Shown here: positions 12,891 to 29,150 of the stretch, one piece after another | How positions within the stretch are numbered: position 1 is the stretch's first letter | Layout of the letters: each line of letters starts with the position of its first letter | From: the human T2T-CHM13v2.0 reference genome, Homo sapiens | Assembly (NCBI RefSeq): GCF_009914755.1 | Contig: NC_060926.1 | Direction: 5' to 3' (one strand) | Length of the DNA stretch: 64,000 bases | Program-made: the position numbers and the translations under genes | The notes under the pieces: generated by a model | The model's database searches: none | What the model saw: the letters and a program-made list of their open reading frames with translations, nothing else | Told to the model about the DNA's origin: nothing

Positions 12891-13394
12891 CAGTGTGGCT
12901 TCCTTTCTTCAATATACCTGGACGTTGTCATGTAAACTGCAGTAGCCATCTTGTAATTGTAGAGACAATATCACGGCCAAACAAATGCAATGAGCATGGC
13001 AGAGTGAAGCAGTGGAAAGCATTTAAGCCTTCACTGATATTACTAAGCTACCTATCATTCTCTACCTAGAGTTCCCTTACATCTGAACTTCTATGAGATA
13101 ATCAGCTTTTCTATTAAGTCCTATTTGAATTGGGATTTCTGTTATTTACAGCTGAATGTATTCTAAGTAGATAAATATGTGTATAGCATGTGTGTACACA
13201 CATGTATCATGTATATTTAGGGATACACATATATATCTACTAAATCAATTGTAACCATTTTCCTGTATTTAGAATGTATGTTATTTCCAACCTTAAAAAT
13301 AATAACTCTAGTTTTACATAAATGTTTGCATTTTGGGGGGAGGATAAAATTTTAGAAGTGGAATCACCATTAGAACCCCTAAGGATCTTGTTAC

Positions 13395-13771
13395 TGTTAA
13401 AAGAACAACTTTTGAAAAATAAAGCAAGGTTTATTTGAACAAAGAACAATTTGCTAGTCAGGCAGCCCTCAGAACCAGAAGAGGTTGAGAGAGCTCTGCT
13501 GTGCAATGTAGACAGGCAGCATTTACAGACAGAAAATTGAAGTGAAGTACAGAAACAGCTTGGTTGGTTATAGATCTGTGTTTGCCTTATTTGGACATGT
13601 TGCCTGCCTGAGACTGGCTGAAGCTCAGCTGCTGTGATTGGCTGACATGCAGCTATTTGTTATAAAATATACCCCCAAGTCAGGCTTTCAGTTTGTTTAC
13701 TTAATAAGTTAGATTGCCCTTCAGTTACATAGGGAGGTATGGAGGTTGCCTCAGGCCAAATTTAGTTTAAT
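13395..13771 (-). mobile_element. Solo ERV1 (MER4-group) LTR
   Basis: tgttaaaagaacaactt...ggccaaatttagtttaa, with minus-strand AATAAA and CCAAT motifs. Confidence 0.55.
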
Positions 13772-15054
13772 GTTAAAAATTGGAAGGTACTGGGCAGGGC
13801 CTTTTTACAGCTAATGTACAGTGTAGAGTGTTTATTTCTGATCACGCTTACTAATAACACTAGATATTAACATAAAATTTAGTGCAGTTGTAGGTGAAAG
13901 GATGTCATCTCATTTTAAGTTACATTTTTATCATTAGTGAGAATTAATAATGTGGTTTATTAAGAAGTTACATTTTTCCAGGATTCTACTTGTCAGATCA
14001 GAATCAGAAAAAAATGGTAGCAAGTGCAAGAGTCTAGGCTCAGGTATCAAATACAAAGAAATAGTAAATAGAGCCAGTCAGTCAGAATCTATTTCTATAT
14101 CTTTTCACTTAAAGATCTCATGAGCCAATGACAGGAGACAATTTGTTGGGAAGAGAGAGGCTTCAGACACTGGTATTTTTGTGATGCCCTCCCTCATGAG
14201 CTGAACTGGATGTAAGGAATTAGAGATATTACACCTCTCCTAGAAGTTCAGACATTTGAGAACGGGGGGATATGGATATTGTACATCATTTTCTGTGTGA
14301 GGTCCGTGGAGAGGAGCTTCATTAGAGTGGTTCCCGATGATGTTGCATCTACAAAGTAGAAATGGTGATGTAGCATGAGGAGGCTTCAAGTAAAAGCTGG
14401 TCAATTTTGTAAGAAATCAAAAGTTACAGTTTTTCACACCTGAGTTAATGACTGTGAAAAATTGTATCTCTACATTTGTATTTCTTACATTATGTATATA
14501 CCCATCTTAGTCATTTATTACTCGTGCATCTCTCTGAGCCTCAACTTCCTCATTTCCAAAATGGAGATAATAATTCCTATATAATGTGATTTTCTTCTGT
14601 AAGTCATACTCATGGGTCTTGTCCAATTTCCTATAAGTAATTTATTCCTTATTAAGCTGAAGAGAATATATGAGGGCCAAATACACTAACCAGGTAATGT
14701 ACTAGGTAAGGCTGTGTCAATATATATATGGCCAGATTCCAGCCACTGTCACAATCACTGCCCTGAGATGACACTGCTGTCTTTGGCCAGGATGAGGAAT
14801 CTTTGGTGGAACATCTGTCTGGTCAAGCTGGATAGGGCTCACTATTCATAGTCCACACACCTGTCTCAGTGAAGGAAGGACTTCTGCTGGCCCTGCAGTT
14901 GCAGAGCTAATTCTCCCATAAGAAACTTACTTGGTGCAATTTGTTTCAGTCACAGGTATGCACTCTGGCCAATGAGAAGATAGGAATCTCTTTAGGTTTG
15001 CATCAGTCCTTTGCAACTTTGGTGGAATTCTGTCTGGTGCTGTAAGGAACTTAA

Positions 15055-15481
<427 letters not shown>

Positions 15482-17577
15482 ATCTACTTTTCTTTACTAT
15501 AATTTTTATCCCATGGCACCTGGCCTCATTCAGAGCCCAAGATGACCTGGTGTTCCCCAGTAGAATTCTTCACCTAGGGTGCAGGCAGCCATATAATTCA
15601 CTCCATTACTTGAGTTGCCTGAAAAGTATGCAGCTTTTCAGGAAGATATTCTTGAATCCTGAAGCCTAGCGATTGCCTCAATGACCACTCAATTGTTTCC
15701 ATGTAACAATTTTGATTTTCTGCCATAGTCACTTTAGTGTGCTCAGTAAACCAGTGTTTTATGCTTGATTGTCACCTTCAGAATTCTATCTCAGCATTAT
15801 CAGGATCTCATGAAATCATGTAGGCATACTTTCTTGTATGGACATGTTTTGTTTTGGGCTGGTTGAGAGGTAATGCCAAGGTTCTGAGTTCCACGGGAAT
15901 ACAGCCAAGAGACATTTGTCTTCTTAGACTTAGTGTCTGTGGGAGCGGACCTGAGAAAATCTTGTGGAGGATCTATGGCCCAAACCGCATAATCAAATTT
16001 TGTTCTGAATAGTGTCCTTCATAAGACGTTAAAGAGAAAAAACCCTTAACACTTGTAGGAAAAGGTTTCTCAATAGAGTAATTTTGAATGGTTAGGATAA
16101 CAAATTAAAGGATTGAATTAGTGATTTAATCTTTTTTACATTTTTGGTTTAAAGTTACCATTAAGATAAATTGAGTCAAATATAGCTGTTAGCCCTTCTC
16201 AGGAGACGTTTTCAACAGATCTCATTAGGATCAGAATCTGGTATTATGTTTTACATTTCTATGAATTTATACTAGTGAATAATATTTTGCCTATAGTGCA
16301 TATATAGAACTAATAAAATGACATTTTATTAAAGTTGATCTTTAAGAAAGTATATGTGTGTGCTTATTTAAAACATCAGCTTTATTATGAAGCAGAAACA
16401 ATAGCATAATACTGTTAAAAACTTTTCTTTCTTATAGTAATCCAAAAGTGGAATCAATGAAAACAAAGCGTGTGTGTCTTGCATCATTGCCAAACTATAC
16501 AGTTCCATATCAGGAGTACTTAGTGTAATGTTAAACCTGACATAAGCTAGTCAACCTTTATAAGTTATCTTATTAAGGAGTTGTCTGTCATTATTTTATA
16601 TACATTTTATGTCTGGGCAGCCTCATATGTAAAATCTTACATTCAAGAACATCTTGCGTTCTTGACAGGATATGATACTATTGAAGTATTTTGATGTGTA
16701 ATCTAGGAAAAAATATTTAAATATTCCTTCTGTCTAGTGTTTTGAATGGCAACCAAGATAAACTTGCTATAAACCATGCGTGTTATCTAGCGTAAATATA
16801 CTCATTTTCCAAATACTTCCTCTGCAAAATGCCATCGAGGCATGAATGGTACTAAATTTAGTACCATTTTTCATTGCTCGACATCTTACTCAGGAATGAC
16901 CAAAATAGTATAGTTTGCTTTGATACGTTTTGCAGTGTGTAAACTGGAACTGAATGACCATGCAAATGAAATTTCAACACTTTATGTCACATGCCAGACA
17001 AGTCATGACTTGCCTATCATTGCCTATAGTTTCATTTCTTAGTTATATTATTGGTAGTACTCGTATGTTTTATTTTTAGAAGTGATCATTTGATATTTGA
17101 AATGGATTTTATCATATTATAGTTTAATCAATATTTGAATTTAGATTTCTATTTGTATGTAATTAATATACAAATAGAAACTATTGAAATGACATTTATA
17201 TTAATTATACACTATTTAGCAATATTAACACATAGAATTTTAATTATCTTCCCCATTAAAGTTAGTCACTGCTTTATAACTAAGTTACTAAACTGATGGA
17301 GGGTGGAGAGGAGGGATCACTTAAAAAATTTTTATATATGTTATTGCACTTAAGGATTTCTAGGTACTTTACAACTGTTTTGCAATTCAGTTTGAAAATT
17401 GGTGCTCACAAAGTTCAGATAAGTGTACCAGTTTCATTAAGTGGTAAGAAAAAAATGTAGCTTCCTTGTGTCTCTGTGGCTTCAGTAGAACTTGTAACTC
17501 TAGGACCATATACCCTTGCCAACTGCAATGCATTTGGAAATTGAACCTATGAAAACATATAAATAGTTTTCAGGTCA

Positions 17578-18856
<1,279 letters not shown>

Positions 18857-19060
18857 AGAAATGAAACAGATATAACTACTCCTTGCTTTCGTATGTGTAA
18901 AGCAACTTGACCAGGACCAATTTAATAGGAATTTAACTCCTGAGAACCGGAGTAGCAGACCTAAAATTCCTCAACCAAACTTTTGTGCTAAACAATTAGA
19001 CTTTTATAATAAAGTGAAAATCAGAAATCCAGAATTAATCATTAGAATAAAAACTGTTGT

Positions 19061-20617
19061 GTCTTTCAAAAAAATGTGAAAACACTTTAATATAACTTAT
19101 ACTGTTTCTACAAATTAGATGTAAGAAATAATTTCATTTAGTCATAGTACAATAAATTTGATTAACAAAATCCCAATTTACAAAACAGAAGTAAATAAAT
19201 GCAGAAATATATTCATTATCAAATTATAAAATAAAAGTAACAGTTATTGTTGAGATAGCATCAGTTTATTCTTCATTTCAGATAATAGAGTCAATTATTT
19301 TGGTATACTTAGTAATGTTTTTGCAAGTATTAAAATAATGGAACGTTGAGATTTAAACACAATGACAGTAAACCATTGAAATTTCAAATTCACTTTATAC
19401 AGCCATCATGAATCCATAAGTGAATGTTAATCATGTAAAAAAATATAAAATGATTGTAATATAACCATCTAATCATTAACATATGGAGTTTTAAGACCAC
19501 TATTTAATCTGCTAATTTGCTCTGAAATATAAGTAGTTGCTTTTCTGTGATGCATGACATGTCTTTGTGCCTTAGTACTTAATTTGAAATGTCCTTAGTG
19601 TAAAAATATACCAAAGTAAATAAAAAAGGAGACACTTATTTACAAAACAATATTGTATACATATTATATAAATGCATTGTTTCAGTCTTTTTATACAATA
19701 TTGATAGAGTCGATCATTTCTATTATTTTACCATAAAAACTGCAGTGTTGCAAAGGCAGTGTTGTAATTTTCCAAAGACAAAATTACATACTTCTCCAAG
19801 TATGTTATTTTGACATTTTGATAAAAACAAACACCATTTGACTGCCTTTTAAGATAATGCAGTTTCTCCAAGTATGCTACAGAATTGAAAGCCAACCTCT
19901 AGAAAAATGATTCTTCTTACATTAAAGAAAATCCATTCCTCATTTGGAGGTGTAGGAAAATGCACCTGAAGAAAAGAGAAACTTACTATTTTACTGAATG
20001 TTTTTTATGTGATAAACCTGGTAGCCTCAGACATTCAGCCTATCGTATTAGCACCGTTGGCATGGATTGTTAATGTACTGTGTCAATTATAATAGGAATG
20101 GAAATTGCATATGCTGCACCATCCCTATTTTTGTGGAATTTTATCTTACCAAGTATACTACCATACAATATAAATTCAAGTGTTTAAGGATGATTCGAAT
20201 GATGGTATATAACAATCCTGCATTTTACCAATACTGTATGTGGATTTTTCTGTAAATATTAAACAAAACTTTAAAGAAATAGACTTTAAAGCATACTCCT
20301 TTAATTCATCAGAACTCAAGGAGAATCGCTTTCATTTCCTCGCCGATGTTGTAATATATAGGAACATAAATGTAATTTGATCTCCTTCTAGCTCAAAAAC
20401 TCTGGAAATCATAAAACTTTCTTGTATGATTTGTTTGGATGGTTAAATGCCAACCATTGCATATATTCCCCCTTTTAGTTTACATACTGTAGCTTATGCT
20501 TAAGTGACTGTAGCATACTCTAGGCCTATAGCCTGTGGTACTTAATTTCACAGCTTCAAAATTGTTGAGGGGAAAACCTTCCATGTTTTAGGAAGTTATG
20601 AACGCTTAATATAAATC
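19061..20617 (-). other. MSTN: MSTN 3'UTR (about 1.55 kb)
   Basis: AU-rich sequence after TGA. ATTAAA at 19091-19086 followed by a T/GT-rich tract; the 3' end position is recalled and approximate. Confidence 0.8.
19086..19091 (-). terminator. MSTN: MSTN polyadenylation signal ATTAAA (additional AATAAA at 19270-19265)
   Basis: Plus-strand tttaat, about 25 nt from the expected cleavage site. Confidence 0.7.
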
Positions 20618-21052
<435 letters not shown>

Positions 21053-21901
21053 CTACCTACCTTAAGAAGTTATTGTTGAAGTAATAAACTAATAATTTTG
21101 CTCATACCACATTTATTTTTAAAAGGCACAGCATTAAGGAATGTTAATTTACACTAGGCTTGATTTTCCCCTTATGTCTCAAAAGAATTTAACAGCAATA
21201 CAAATTCCCCTAAGGTCAGTACCATGTCTTTTTAAGTTTTATTTTTCCAAGTTTGAGTACCAGATTGCCTGGCACATAATGGATGTCCTGAAAATATTTA
21301 TGGGAAGAAAGGGAGGGAAGGAAGAAAGGAGAGAGAGAGGAGAAGAAGAAGTGGGGAATGAAGGAAAGAGCTAACAGCTCCCTCTCTTCTTGCTTCCTGA
21401 TTAAATATGTTGGCTAAATATGCCTGGTAACTCCTGGAGGGTTAGGTATAGTCATCCATCCTCCTCACTCAGGAAAACTTGGACAATAAAACCAGGGCAA
21501 AATAGGGAAGGACAAATTCAGAAGAAGAGACGATGATATTTCCTTTATTCTTTCACTGGAAAATGTTTCTATTCAGGTATTTAAAAATTTGTTGATTCTG
21601 TCTCTGCCCCAATCTTTTAATGCATTTGAGACTTTGTTTCCCTTTACATGAAAAAATCTGAGGAACACAACATATTAACCACTGGACATATTATCAATTT
21701 TGATCATTAAAATTCTACCTATAAAAAGGAACACTTTCTTAAATAATTGACAGTAGTTTTTAACCCATATCTAAATGAAAATAGCTCTGGCAGTGTTATT
21801 TAAGACTGTCAAAAATAATAATATCATTTTGGGAGTCATTAACATTTAAAGTAGCATATATAAAGGAAACTAGATCATTTAGAAAATTGTATAGTCTTTT
21901 A

Positions 21902-22412
21902 GACACCTGCACACGTATGTTTATCGCAGCATAATTCACAGTTGTAAAGATATGGAACCAGCCTAAGTGCCCATCAGCGGATGAATGGATAAAGAAAATG
22001 TGGTATATATACACCATGGAATACTATTTAACCATAAAAAAGAGTAAAGGAATGTCTTTTGCAGCAAATTAGATGGAGCTGGAGGCCATTATTCGAAGGG
22101 AATGGAAAACCAAATACCATACGTTCTTACTTACAAGTGCGAGCTAAGCTATGCGTACGCAAAGACATACAGAGTAGTATAAGGTACTTCGGAGACTCAG
22201 AAAGGGATGAGGGATTAAAAACTACATATTTGGTACAATATACACTACTTGGAGTGATGGGTGCACTAAAACCTCAGACTTCACCACTGTACAATTCATC
22301 TATGTAGCCAGAAACCACTTGTACCCCCCAACATATTGAAGTAAAACATGTGTGTGTGTGTATAAATATATATATACACATATATATAATAAAGTAATAA
22401 AAATGAAAAAAT
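21902..22412 (+). mobile_element. L1PA/L1PB 3' fragment in MSTN intron 2 (antisense to MSTN)
   Basis: L1 3'UTR sequence. TSD attgtatagt(c/a)tttta at 21886-21901 and 22413-22428. Confidence 0.9.
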
Positions 22413-23409
22413 ATTGTATAGTATTTTAAAGAATGTTTTATTTAGAGTAGATCTGATCTGCTAATTATATCATCTTTATAACTAAGATCATTGAATGATT
22501 ACAAAGGTAACAGGTTTGTTGTTTACAAGTATAATCTTCTTTTGTAAATTATATCAATAGATGAACGTAAAAAGATGTGATCACATTAAGTATTTGAAAA
22601 CAGAAATTTAGGTAAGCCAGAAGAGTAACCCTAAATTTGTACTAGGAATTAAAATGGTTTTTATTAATTTTTGTGATATATAAGGTATTGTCATTTACTT
22701 GGCCTGGTACTAAATTAGTCGGCCTTCCCTGAGTAAATTTTTGCACAAGAATGCTAAGGCAGCTCAGAAATAAGCTAGGTGGCAAAGGTTAACTAGTATG
22801 TAACTTGAAATTTTATTAGGAGTATTCCACAAAGAAATATATACACACATCAGTGCATCAACATCCTACAAATAATGAACATATTTATCTTGAGAAACCT
22901 TAAATATATTTAATAAAGTATAAGCCTATAAATATCACTCTTAATTTCTCTGAATAAAACATTTAATTATAATTTTAAAAGGTTTATCTGTTTTATGCTA
23001 AGCCAAAAATCTTTAACACATTTGGCACCCTTCTGGGAGAAAAAAATAATGTTTGGATTTGTTGGTTTATGTGGTAAAATCCACTATATAGAGTTAATAT
23101 TTTAATACATACAGTCATGTATCATATTAATGAAAAGCACTTTATATTTCATTCCCAATTCAAAAGGACTTCTTAAGAAGTTAAGAAGTATGGTATAATT
23201 GTTTTCTAAAATCTTGATGCAAAGTAAGAGTATCAAGGGAGTGTTTCATAGGATATGAAATTGGACACCTACTTTTATTGGGTACAGGGCTACCGTTGGG
23301 GTAAGATACCTTTGTCTAGCTTATGAGCTTAGGGAATTTGTAGCTATTTTCCACTATTGTTTGTTCATATTATGAATAAAAACATAAGGTTATTATAATG
23401 TTATTTTCA

Positions 23410-23829
<420 letters not shown>

Positions 23830-25578
23830 TTATTTCCCATTAACAAAACCCCTCCATATTAATAGTTGAGCATTTTTTTAAATTAAGATAATGTATGCCT
23901 ATGCAGTCTTTTAAAATGAAATACCGTGTGGAACTTTATAACTCAAAAAAATGTCAAAGAAAATAATTACCCTAGCTTTTCAGAATTTTTCAGACGTATG
24001 TATTTTCAGCTGTTCATCAGGAATCTATTCCCCTTCCAGAGAACTATGGACAAAGGAAGGTTCTATGAAGTAATGAACGCTGAATGAAATTTTAAAATGA
24101 TGATGATTAGAGAGAACAAGAGACACTGTGGAGGAACAACCACTTAGAATTCTTTGGGAATCTGAGTAGTTACACTTACTGAGCAGCTGTACCAATCAGT
24201 CTGGAAGAAGGAACCCTTCCCCCAGGCCTGAATTACCTGGGGACAAGACACACTGAGCAACTTACTGAGCCTCAGGAATTAGTAGAAAACACAGTACATC
24301 TGTTACATTTTGGCTTTGGAATAACCTTTTAAAGGAGCAAAACTAAGCAGATAATTAACACAAAAATTTTGATGTTATATTCAGGCTATCTGAAAAGTTC
24401 GAAAGTATTGTCTTTAGGGCCAGGCTGTCATGTAAGCACAAGCACTAACAATTTCTTTTATTTTGGTTTTCCAAAATTGTCTATAAAAGGTAAATCTGCT
24501 CCAGACCTATTTGATAGCAGAGTCTTAAATGGAAATTCTTTGCTGCATTGTAACCTGATTACTTAATAAGGGAAATAATATTTTAAAACTGTTTGGAGTC
24601 TTGTTTAAAGTATATAAAGCATTGTATTAAAGCAAGATAACAGGTAACACAAAATTTTTCTTGCCATGCCTTCTCTGTCAAGGTGCCTGTTTCTCTTTCC
24701 TGGAGAAAGTATTCTTTTGAGCTGACTGCAAAAGGAATTGTATGAAATATGTTATCTGTCAGAAGCAGTGTAGATACTACAGGTAAAAGCCCTCCCTCTC
24801 AGGAAGAATAAAATATTTTAGAAGGTTATTAAGCACTGTGCCTGCTTGGAAGTACACAAACTGGGTACTCTCAATAATAGTACTATGGTCAAGGTACAAG
24901 GAGGACTTTGTGAGCCATAACCTACCCAATTAAAATGTTTATTTCTTAGGCATTTTCTAATATTTAGTTCATGATGATTATTATGCTATGTTTACTTCAT
25001 TATTGTTCTTACTAACACATTAAGATATTTAATTTTTGCATATTCTTCAGTGTAATAGCTCTCAAAATTAAATTTTTAACTGTGAAGAACAAAAAAATTA
25101 CTGAGAGAGTTTCAAATAACAGAAATCACTTGAGGTTTTCAGCAGTGCTCAAGTAAGCTTAAACATCCAGCAAGTTTCTTTTTTTTTTTCTGTTATTAGT
25201 GAAAAAAACTTATTTTACACAACTAAATACAATTCTAAAATCTAATGTAAGTTTTAAACACTGCTTGTAGTATCTCCCAGTCCTTGCCTTGGTGGTATTA
25301 TTGTGAAAGCATAAGCATGCTATCTATATTTGCCTTATTAAATTAATGCTATGCAAGTACTTTATTTTTTAGTTTTTTGTCTCTATAAGAAAACAAATAA
25401 TGCAGCAGATTTTTGTCTCATTAATATATTCTCATGCAATCTTGAAAAAGAGAAACTCTTTTCCTTTCTACTTACATACAGGCCAACAGCTTGTTTAAAA
25501 GAGCCTGAAAATAGATCTGTTTCTCATAAACACTAGAACAACAGTCAGCAGAACTGTTGATATACACTAATAGGACTA

Positions 25579-26200
<622 letters not shown>

Positions 26201-26526
26201 ACCCTGTCTGTCCCAAGTCACCAAGCAGTATTTTGTTACAGTCAAGGGTGAGCTGATTCATTTGACTACTTCATAAAAGAAATAAATCTACAAATAATAA
26301 AAGATATTTGTGACATTTGAAAAACAAAAGTCTATGTTGGCAATAATATAAACTGTACTTAAATCTTACTAATCCTCACACAACTCTTATTGTAATTTAA
26401 ATAAGTCAATTTTAATTTATACTACATATTTAAAATATGAAATATTACTTCCTCAAAAACTAAAATGATTTTATATTGTTTAGGCAAGTATTTGAAGTAG
26501 AAAATATTTTTATTTGTTGTATTAAA

Positions 26527-26536
26527 TTATTTTTAG
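26527..26536 (-). promoter_or_regulatory. MEF2 consensus site upstream of MSTN
   Basis: CTAAAAATAA matches YTA(W)4TAR, about 440 nt upstream of the TSS. The AT-rich context raises the chance-match rate. Confidence 0.5.
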
Positions 26537-27789
26537 TGCCAAGTAATTAGGAAAATAAAAATTAGGAAGACCTGAATTAAAAGTTAAGATTATGATACTA
26601 GTTGAGAATTTTCATCTATAATTTGAGAAACTTGTTTTCTGACTAAATTCTTAGTAAATATTGGAAGTCATTGTTATTATAACATATTGTGCATGGAATT
26701 ATTTTTACATAGTTTCATGTCTTTTATTAATATGAAAATTATACTGAACTTTTGACTGAGTGCTATTATTTCCTATTCTAAAGATGCAGATTAACATAAC
26801 TCAGAAGATGTGTTTTTCATTGTTTATTACCAAGAGGGTAATGCCAGCTAGTAGAAAAATCTCTGAACATAGACTAAGATAATGAATTTTATAACTGGCA
26901 TGGCAGAGATTATTACAGTTTGCCTCAGATTTCCAGCAGTAAATATCCAGAGAGTAAAAAGTGCAGTATCTATTCTCTATAAATTATATCAGAATATTAT
27001 GAGCACATAAAAGAGAAAGAGCATCATGATAAAGGGGTGACCTTTTGTTGTTTCCCAATACTGCGATATGTTTGCACCCCTTTGCCAATTTCTCATTTTG
27101 ACCAGAGGGCAGACACCTGGCAGGGATTTGGGGTAAAGTCTGGGAGCAGAGAATAGAGCTTTTTGTTCTCTAAATTTAAGTGGCCTCTGTAGGGATCAAA
27201 CGTTCAACCTTAGCTTTGGGAGCCACAAGATCTAGTCAAATGAACTATTAAAGAGCTAAGCAAACATAGCCAGCAAGAAACAGAAGATATTTCTAGGCCA
27301 AAGGAGATTTCTTTTTCCTACTCCTTTTTGGGAAGCTAAGGATTCCTAAGAGATTTAGTCCATTACTTTTTTTTTCCAAGAGAATACAGTGGCTCATATC
27401 AAATATTTATTTTTAAAGTCACTACCATTTTTGCACACTGTACACTAATTTACTGCCTCGGTGCACTAAAATGCAACTCAGTAGCCTGAAAAGTTAATGC
27501 ATTTTCATCAAATTCTTAAGAGGTATCTACATCTCTTGAGAAAAAAATGGCCTTACATAATGCATTGGATTTGCTCATCATTAAAGATTAAGGAAAACCA
27601 GACACAAACCAGATGCCCTGAGGATTTCAGATACTCTTTGTTATGGGACAATATTAGATCTGGCTTCTAAGGTTTTATTTGTTTGGTAAATTCATTTTTC
27701 AATGTGTAAATCTTTCAAATGTTATGATCATTGTAACACATGCATCTATACAGTTCCAAGTAAGTCAAACTTTTTTTTTAATATGCTTA

Positions 27790-28005
27790 GAATTGTATAG
27801 CAGTTGAATTGAGAACTCAGGCTCTGGAGTCAGATAGACCTGAGTTCAAATCTCAACTTTGCCACTTCTAACTATGTGATAATGGATGAGATACTTAACT
27901 TCCCTAAACTTTAGCTTCCTCATAGGGTTTTGGGGGGATATAATTTAATAATGCATGTAAATTGCTGAATATGGCACCTGTCATATAGTAAGTAATTGAT
28001 AACTG
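27790..28005 (+). mobile_element. MIR
   Basis: ggctctggagtcagatagacctgagttcaaatc...gccactt...tagtaagta. Confidence 0.8.
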
Positions 28006-28241
28006 GCATTTGAGTGCTTGCTCTTTGTTTTATGCAGAAGGGTTTGAGATTATGCTTAAAATTATGCTCCACATGAACTAGAACTGCTTCAGGTCATAGC
28101 TGCCAATTATCAGTCACAAAGCCTACTTTCTAGGCCTGTGAGGCAAGTAAAATTTTCTAAGGCAGCCAGGTTACAAGACATGTTCCAGCTCTTTATTCTT
28201 ATCACCTGGAAAAAAGTGAACAAAGGTTGTCATTTCCGCTA

Positions 28242-29150
28242 ACAGACAATTCTTATTATTCATGATTTCTGTATTCACAAATTTGCCTACTTGCTAAAAT
28301 TTATCTATGAAACTCAATATTCCTAGCATTTTTCAGTCATTCGCTGGCATTCACAGAGCGGCAAAAAATTTGAGTCCTATCTGACGCACAGGTTCCCAGA
28401 TGAGGTCAAACAAGGCAGGGTTCCGCCTTTTTGTTTCAGCTCTCATACTATAAACAAATTCCCTTTTTCCCGTCTATTTAGTGCCATGTTTTCACATATT
28501 TTGTGCTTCTTTTTTTATTGCTCCTCTTATTGATTTTGCTTTTTAAAAATGGCCCCCAAGCATAGTGCTGACGTGCTGCGTGGTGTTCCTATGTTCCTAA
28601 TCACAGGAAAGCTGCAATGGAAAGTAGCATGGTGGTTGCCAGGGACTGGGTGAGGCACTGAGGGGTAGTTACTGTGTGATAGATACAGAGTTTCAGTCTG
28701 GGAAGATGAAAAATTTCTGAAGATGAATGGTGGTGATGGTTACACAACAGTGTGAATGTGCTTAATGCCACCGAACTGTACACCTAAAAATGGTTAAGAT
28801 GCTAAATGTTGTGTATATTTACCACAATTTTAAAAGGCTGTGATATGCCTAAGGGAAAAAAGTTCTCATGAAAAAATGCATGTGCTAGATAAGCATCATT
28901 CAGGCCTGAGTTATAGTGCTGCTGGCTGTGAGTTCAGTGTTAATGAATGAACAATATATATTAAATAATGTATTTGTAAACAAAAACATACATAAAACAA
29001 GGTTATATATTGATTGGGTGATGTAAATGTTATGACCAGAGGCTCAACTAACCCTGTTTTTCCCCTGGGAACAATAGTTCAATATTTGCTAACTCAGTGT
29101 TGGCAATGACTTTATAGAACATAACTACTATGAATAGGGAGAATTGACTA
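28242..29150. mobile_element. TcMar-Tigger non-autonomous element with nested L1M 3' fragment (about 28620-28835)
   Basis: Terminal inverted repeats cagacaattcttattattcatg and tatgaatagggagaattgacta. The nested L1 end (ggtgatggttacacaacagtgtgaatgtgcttaatgccac) is flanked by a degenerate aa(a/g)gctg..at duplication. Confidence 0.75.

Noticed and set aside
22705-22716. 12-nt match (tggtactaaatt) to the 16845 palindrome in intron 2
   Set aside because: Short AT-rich match compatible with chance.
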